This document shows positions 27,376 through 32,313 of a stretch of DNA of 32,313 bases, one piece after another. Positions within the stretch are counted from its first letter, which is position 1; the number at the start of each line of letters is the position of its first letter. Both the position numbers and the translations under genes were made by a program. The notes beneath the pieces were generated by a model that was not told the origin of the DNA, made no database searches, and saw nothing but the letters and a program-made list of their open reading frames with translations. This stretch comes from Gammaproteobacteria bacterium (GTDB lineage Bacteria > Pseudomonadota > Gammaproteobacteria > UBA9214): NCBI GenBank assembly GCA_029864225.1, contig JAOTTU010000003.1:1-32313 (forward strand), in the 5' to 3' direction.

Positions 27376-27848
27376 CAAAAGTGATTCAGCAGCTGCATAA
27401 CAACCGCAGCAAACACGCCGGCCAGCAGATCGTCGAGCATGATCCCGAACCCGCCACTCACCTGTCGGTCACACCAGCGGATTGGCCAGGGCTTGGCAAT
27501 ATCAAAGATCCGGAACAGGACAAAACCGGTCACCACCCAGGTCCACCCCGCCGGGGCGAATGCCATCGTCACCAGGTAGCCGACGATCTCGTCCCAGACG
27601 ATACCCGGGTGATCATGCACATCCAGCAGGCGGGCCACGTGGGAACAGATCGGTATACCCACCAGGAACAGCACGCAGACCAGTCCCAGGTAGAGCCCCG
27701 GGTGCAGGTGCTGCAGCAACAGATACAGCGGCACGGCCGCCAGCGTCCCGGCCGTGCCCGGGCCAACCGGGACGAAGCCGCTGCCAAACCCCAGCGCCAG
27801 GAATCCCGCGGGGTTTAGCAACAAGCGCGGGGGTAGCTTGTCAGCCAT
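27372..27848 (-). CDS. pgpA: Phosphatidylglycerophosphatase A
   Basis: GFGSG..PVGPGTAGT, HDHPGIVWDEIVG, FRIFDIAKPWPI, GIMLDDLLAG; ATG 27848 preferred over GTG 27899. Confidence 0.95.
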   Translation of the reverse strand: MADKLPPRLLLNPAGFLALGFGSGFVPVGPGTAGTLAAVPLYLLLQHLHPGLYLGLVCVLFLVGIPICSHVARLLDVHDHPGIVWDEIVGYLVTMAFAPAGWTWVVTGFVLFRIFDIAKPWPIRWCDRQVSGGFGIMLDDLLAGVFAAVVMQLLNHFW

Positions 27849-28053
27849 GCCTGGCCCGGATTTTCTCACCGGACGGGATTTCGCTCCGACGGCCACCACG
27901 GATCATCGCTTTACCCCCTCGAAGCGATGCAGCCGCAAGAAAAAAGGCCGGGATAGACAAGGCCCGAGACACACTGCCGTGCTCTTTAAATGCACTCTAT
28001 TCATTACCTCAGTATCTTATGTGACTCTACCGCCGCCCGGTGAGAAATGCGGG

Positions 28054-29028
28054 CTAACCTGCCTCGTTGAAATGCCGGTACCCGGATGATGACGGGTGGT
28101 AGGGTTCGCCAGTGCTGCGATGGCACCGTATTCCCGGCACCTCATCGATCACGCCGACCAGCGTACCGGCACAGGCAATCTCCGCGAGCCGTCGCTGCAC
28201 TGCATGGCAGCGGTCCTCCGGGACGGTGAAGCACAGTTCGTAATCATCACCGGCGGCCAGCGGCAGCTCATAGAACAGCGCCTCACCCGCGGCACCCAGC
28301 GGCTGCAGCCCGGCCAGGAAGTCAGCCGAGCGTGGCACGGCATCGACCTGCAGCGTGGCACCCAGCCCGTCGTACTCCAGCAGGTGGCCCAGGTCGGCCA
28401 GCAGGCCGTCCGAGATATCGATCGCGGCACTGGCCTGGCCACGCAACGCCAACCCCGCAGCGATTCGGGGTTGCGGAAAGTCGAGACGCGCCTGCAGGCC
28501 GGGAGGTACCGATACCCCTTCGTGCAGGGCAAGACCGGCATCCCCCAGGGTCCCGGTCACATAGACCCGGTCACCGGGCCGCGCACCGCGACGCCGCAGT
28601 GCCTGCCCGGCGGGAACGAAGCCATGCGCCTGCACGGTCACCGCCAGCGGGCCGCAGGTGGTATCACCCCCGACCAGTTGCACCCCATGGCTGTCGGCGA
28701 GCGTGAAGAAGGCATCGGCAAAGGCCCGGAGCCAGTCGGGATCACTGGCCGGCAGGGTCAGCGCCAGCGTGGCCCAGGCTGGTTCGGCGCCCATGGCAGC
28801 CAGGTCACTCAGGTTGACTGCCAGTGCCTTGTGGCCGATCGCGGCCGCGGCGGTAGACTCGGGGAAGTGTACGCCCGCAACCAGGGTATCCATGCACACG
28901 ACCAGCTCGGACCCCGGCGCGACACGCAGCAGCGCCGCATCATCACCAATCCCGGCAACGACGTCAGCCCGCCCCGGCTGGCGCCCGGAAAAATAGTGCT
29001 GAATGATGTCGAATTCGGATTCAGCCAT
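28054..29028 (-). CDS. thiL: Thiamine-phosphate kinase
   Basis: EFDIIQHYF, GIGDDAA, AVNLSDLAAMG, GGDT, IDISDGL, GDDYELCFT; ATG 29028 avoids overlap with nusB. Confidence 0.96.
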   Translation of the reverse strand: MAESEFDIIQHYFSGRQPGRADVVAGIGDDAALLRVAPGSELVVCMDTLVAGVHFPESTAAAAIGHKALAVNLSDLAAMGAEPAWATLALTLPASDPDWLRAFADAFFTLADSHGVQLVGGDTTCGPLAVTVQAHGFVPAGQALRRRGARPGDRVYVTGTLGDAGLALHEGVSVPPGLQARLDFPQPRIAAGLALRGQASAAIDISDGLLADLGHLLEYDGLGATLQVDAVPRSADFLAGLQPLGAAGEALFYELPLAAGDDYELCFTVPEDRCHAVQRRLAEIACAGTLVGVIDEVPGIRCHRSTGEPYHPSSSGYRHFNEAG

Positions 29029-29060
29029 GTGCTGGAATGACCCGGACGCCGTCGACACTC

Positions 29061-29516
29061 TCAGAGGCCGTTGACCTTCTTGCCCTTCGCGGCGCATTCC
29101 ACCGGCCTGATCTTGTGCGCGGCATGGTCCAGCACCCCGTTGATGAAGGCATGACCCTGATCGGCGCCGAACTTCCTGGCCAGGGCCACGGCCTCGTTGA
29201 TGATGACCCGGAACGGGATGTCTTCATGGAACAGCAGCTCATAGCCGGCAATGCGCAGAATGGCCCGCTCCACCGGGTCCACCTGCTTCATGGGACGGTC
29301 AAGGTGTTCGGCGATGCTGTTATCGATGACATCGAGTTGCGCGGGCACCTGTCCCAGCAACTCGGTGAAGTACGGCACGTCTGCACGCACGAACTCCTCG
29401 TCTTCAGCGAACTGGCGGCGTATCTCGCCCAGCTCCTGGCCGGAGAGGTCCCACTGATAGAGGGCCTGCAGTGCATATCGCCGGGCCCGGGAACGCGCAT
29501 GCGCAGAAAACTTCAT
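29061..29516 (-). CDS. nusB: Transcription antitermination factor NusB
   Basis: RSRARRYALQALYQW, VERAILR, VIINEAVALARKFG, FINGVLD. Confidence 0.97.
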   Translation of the reverse strand: MKFSAHARSRARRYALQALYQWDLSGQELGEIRRQFAEDEEFVRADVPYFTELLGQVPAQLDVIDNSIAEHLDRPMKQVDPVERAILRIAGYELLFHEDIPFRVIINEAVALARKFGADQGHAFINGVLDHAAHKIRPVECAAKGKKVNGL

Positions 29517-29534
29517 CGTCGCACAACCGCGGCC

Positions 29535-30011
29535 TCAGGTTTCCAGCGTCCGCAGCAGGTTGATCATCTCGATCGCCGACATGGCCGCTTCTTCACCCTT
29601 GTTGCCCGCCTTGGTGCCGGCCCGCTCGATCGCCTGCTCGATGGTGTCCACCGTCAGCACACCGAACGCCACCGGGATATCGTATTTCAGGGAAACCGAG
29701 GACAGCCCCTTGGTACACTCCCCGGCAACATATTCGAAATGCGGCGTACCGCCCCGGATCACCGCACCCAGCGCGATAATGGCATCGAAGCGCTTGCTGG
29801 CCGCCAGCCGCTGCGCGGCAATCGGCATCTCGTAGGCACCGGGCACTCTCACGATCTGCAGGTCGCGTTCATCGGCACCGTGCCGCCTCAGGGTATCCAG
29901 TGCCCCTTGCAGCAGGCTCTCGACCACAAAGCTGTTAAACCGCGACACCAGCAGCGCAATACGCGCATCCCGCAACACCAGCTCGCCTTCCTTCACCGTA
30001 ATGTCAGTCAT
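29535..30011 (-). CDS. ribH: 6,7-dimethyl-8-ribityllumazine synthase
   Basis: [41 protein letters not shown]. Confidence 0.97.
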   Translation of the reverse strand: MTDITVKEGELVLRDARIALLVSRFNSFVVESLLQGALDTLRRHGADERDLQIVRVPGAYEMPIAAQRLAASKRFDAIIALGAVIRGGTPHFEYVAGECTKGLSSVSLKYDIPVAFGVLTVDTIEQAIERAGTKAGNKGEEAAMSAIEMINLLRTLET

Positions 30012-30063
30012 TTCTATTTATCCCGATCCAGTCAAATCCGTTTACCGATCCCGCCTAAGCTGC

Positions 30064-31176
30064 CTAGTAGCAGTCCACGTACTCGACCACTTCCAGCCCG
30101 AAACCGGCGATGCCGTGCACGATCTTGGGCGCACTCAATACGCGCATCTTTTTAACGCCGAGGTCCGCGATGATCTGGGCGCCGACACCGAAGGTGCGCA
30201 GCTCCTGCGGCTCCTTCGTGGCCCTGACCCGCTGCGGCGTCTCCGGCATATGATACGCCCTGATGCTGTTGATCAGGGCATCCGCGCCGTTGTCCCAGCG
30301 CAATATCACGACAACCCCCTTGCCCTCCCGGGAGATACGTTTCAGCGCACTGCGCAGCGGCCAGTGATGGTCCTGCATCTTGGCATCGACCAGGTCGCTG
30401 AGGGTGTTTTCCAGGTGAACCCGGACCAGGGTCGGCTCATCCGGCCTGATGTCTCCCTTGACCAGCGCCAGGTGCACGGCATCGTCGACGGTATCGCGAT
30501 AGGCATGCAGGGTAAACACACCGTGCGCCGTCGCCAGTTCGCACGAGGTCACCCGCTCCACCGTGGTCTCGTTCTCGATCCGGTAGCGGATCAGGTCCTC
30601 GATGGTGCCCATCTTGAGGCCGTGCTCCTGCGCATAAATCTCCAGGTCCGGGCGCCGTGCCATACTGCCGTCTTCCCTGAGAATCTCGACAATCACGGCG
30701 GCCGGCTCCAGCCCTGCCAGGCGCGCCAGGTCACAGCCGGCCTCGGTGTGGCCGGCGCGGGTCAGCACCCCGCCCGGCTGCGCCATCAGCGGGAAGATGT
30801 GGCCGGGCTGGACGATGTCCCGGGGACCGGCATCCGGACCCACCGCGGCCTGGATGGTACGGGCCCGGTCATGCGCGGAGATCCCGGTCGTCACACCCTC
30901 TGCGGCCTCGATGGAAATGGTGAAATTGGTCGAGTGCATGGACTCGTTGCCCTGCACCATCAGGGGCAGGTCCAGCCGGCGGCAGCGCTCGCGCGTCACG
31001 GTCAGGCAGATCAACCCGCGACCGTGACTGGCCATGAAGTTGATGTCCTCGGGACGCACGTGGGTCGCAGCCATCACCAGGTCGCCCTCGTTCTCGCGGT
31101 CCTCATCGTCCATGAGGATCACCATGCGCCCGGCACGGATGTCCTCGATCAGTTCCTCAGCGGTGTTGAGCGGCAT
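30064..31176 (-). CDS. ribB: DHBP synthase fused to a GTP cyclohydrolase II-like domain lacking Zn ligands (RibBX-type)
   Basis: DDEDRENEGD, TTGISAHDR, PGHIFPL, RAGHTEA; C-terminal domain has VRVHLENTLSD in place of RVHSECxTGD and no CxC. Confidence 0.92.
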   Translation of the reverse strand: MPLNTAEELIEDIRAGRMVILMDDEDRENEGDLVMAATHVRPEDINFMASHGRGLICLTVTRERCRRLDLPLMVQGNESMHSTNFTISIEAAEGVTTGISAHDRARTIQAAVGPDAGPRDIVQPGHIFPLMAQPGGVLTRAGHTEAGCDLARLAGLEPAAVIVEILREDGSMARRPDLEIYAQEHGLKMGTIEDLIRYRIENETTVERVTSCELATAHGVFTLHAYRDTVDDAVHLALVKGDIRPDEPTLVRVHLENTLSDLVDAKMQDHHWPLRSALKRISREGKGVVVILRWDNGADALINSIRAYHMPETPQRVRATKEPQELRTFGVGAQIIADLGVKKMRVLSAPKIVHGIAGFGLEVVEYVDCY

Positions 31177-31276
31177 AACAGCAGGTCTTTTCTATAAACT
31201 ATCAACCACAAGGGATCATATTATCCATGAATAGCGTTCCGGCTACACGGATAGACCACGATTAACGGGAATTTCA

Positions 31277-31945
31277 TTACTCCTTGCGAATAAACCCGTG
31301 GCTTTCGAGGGTTTCACGGGTGAGTCCCTGCCCGCTGCCGGGCCGGGCCGCCGCCTCCCCCTGCAGCAGCCGCTCCAGGTAGCGCGCGACCAGGTCGACC
31401 TCCAGGTTGACCTCGCGTCCGGTGCGGTACGCCTTCAGGGTCGTCTCATCCAGGGTGTGAGGGACGCAATTCAGGGAGAATTCGGCGCCATTGACCGCGT
31501 TCACCGTGAGGCTGACCCCGTCGACGCAGATGGAACCCTTGCCGGCAATATAACGTGCAAGTTCGTCCGGCGCCCGGATGGTGAACTGGACCGAGCGGCT
31601 GTCCTCGCTGCGCACGCTGACGGTGCCTATCCCGTCCACGTGCCCGCTCACCAGGTGCCCGCCCAGGCGGGTCTCCAGTGTCAGCGCCTTCTCCAGGTTG
31701 ACGGCATCGTTGATAGCCAGCCGACCGAGTATCGTCCGCCGCAAGGTCTCACCCGAGACATCGGCAACAAAACCTGACCCATTCAGTTCCACCACGGTGA
31801 GGCAGACGCCACTGACGGCAATGCTGTCACCGAGGCCGACATCCTCCATCGGCAGCTTGCCGGTGTGAATGCCGATACGCATGTCACCACCACGGTTTTC
31901 TAACGCGGCGATCGATCCAACGGCCTGTATGATTCCTGTGAACAT
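31277..31945 (-). CDS. ribC: Riboflavin synthase (alpha chain; RibC/RibE depending on nomenclature)
   Basis: MFTGII, GDSIAVSGVCLT, VNLE, GGHLVSGHVDG, DGVSLTVN, VNLEVD. Confidence 0.96.
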   Translation of the reverse strand: MFTGIIQAVGSIAALENRGGDMRIGIHTGKLPMEDVGLGDSIAVSGVCLTVVELNGSGFVADVSGETLRRTILGRLAINDAVNLEKALTLETRLGGHLVSGHVDGIGTVSVRSEDSRSVQFTIRAPDELARYIAGKGSICVDGVSLTVNAVNGAEFSLNCVPHTLDETTLKAYRTGREVNLEVDLVARYLERLLQGEAAARPGSGQGLTRETLESHGFIRKE

Positions 31946-31969
31946 GATTTAGCCTAAAAATAATAAAAC

Positions 31970-32124
31970 TTCACCGCAGAGACGCGGAGGACGCAGAGAT
32001 TGAATTATTTAAAGAATAAACAATGCAGAGGTGGATATCGCTACTAATGACTAACTTTTTTCTGATTCGGAATTTTTAACATTGATTTCGGTTTTCTCTG
32101 CGTTCTCTGCGTCTCTGCGGTGAA
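31970..32124. repeat. 30-bp inverted repeat pair around a 95-bp AT-rich spacer (MITE/REP-like)
   Basis: Left 31970-31999 TTCACCGCAGAGACGCGGAGGACGCAGAGA; right 32095-32124 reverse-complements to TTCACCGCAGAGACGCAGAGAACGCAGAGA (28 of 30). Confidence 0.85.
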
Positions 32125-32154
32125 CGATTGTTTTAAAAACATAAAGCGCAGCAC

Positions 32155-32313
32155 CTAGGTCGACACCCTCGCGGTTATCCGCCAGTCTTTTCCTACCGCG
32201 CGTATGTCGCGGATGTCCAGGTCGATGCGGTCCTGCATGCGTTCCAGTCCCGGGAGTGCGAACAGGCCACGGGCGGCATCCCCCATCAGGTGCGGCGCCA
32301 GGTAGATGACCAA
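32155..32313 (-). CDS. ribD: RibD C-terminus (reductase domain); 5' part outside the window
   Basis: Hand translation LVIYLAPHLMGDAARGLFALPGLERMQDRIDLDIRDIRAVGKDWRITARVST*; directly upstream of riboflavin synthase. Confidence 0.9.
   Translation of the reverse strand: MVIYLAPHLMGDAARGLFALPGLERMQDRIDLDIRDIRAVGKDWRITARVST

Noticed and set aside
28096-31197. Long plus-strand ORFs (314, 372, 398 aa) opposite thiL-nusB-ribH-ribB
   Set aside because: Antisense shadows with no family motifs
31177-31276. AT-rich 100-bp gap before ribB as an internal promoter or RNA
   Set aside because: Only -10-like hexamers; no convincing -35 or structure
31946-32154. FMN riboswitch or CRISPR array in the rib intergenic region
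   Set aside because: No RFN consensus seen; the repeats are one inverted pair, not spaced direct repeats

Overview
GC-rich gammaproteobacterial chromosomal window made mostly of core genes: trmJ (partial), an MlaE/F/D-PqiC-type ABC/MCE transporter, epmA-efp-epmB, parC-parE, xseB-ispA-folE2, pgpA-thiL-nusB and the rib cluster (ribH, ribB fusion, riboflavin synthase, partial ribD). No prophage, IS, CRISPR array, tRNA or rRNA was recognised. The most interesting block is 7.0-16.0 kb. It holds a FimW-like PilZ-motif protein, a GNAT, a FimX-like degenerate GGDEF-EAL protein, a DUF1015 protein, and a divergent membrane adenylate cyclase whose sensor region resembles Smp/YtjB/AhpA, overlapping a helical-repeat lipoprotein gene. 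As I recall it, this matches the Pseudomonas fimW-fimX-serB-(YtjB-like)-parC-parE order, except that DUF1015 sits in the serB slot and the YtjB-like gene carries an apparently intact cyclase. Other points: a rubrerythrin/Fe-S oxidoreductase/DUF3501 operon with a clear sigma70 promoter and a palindromic operator, no dxs between ispA and folE2, and a 30-bp inverted-repeat element inside the rib cluster. All family calls come from motif recognition by eye; no database search was run.
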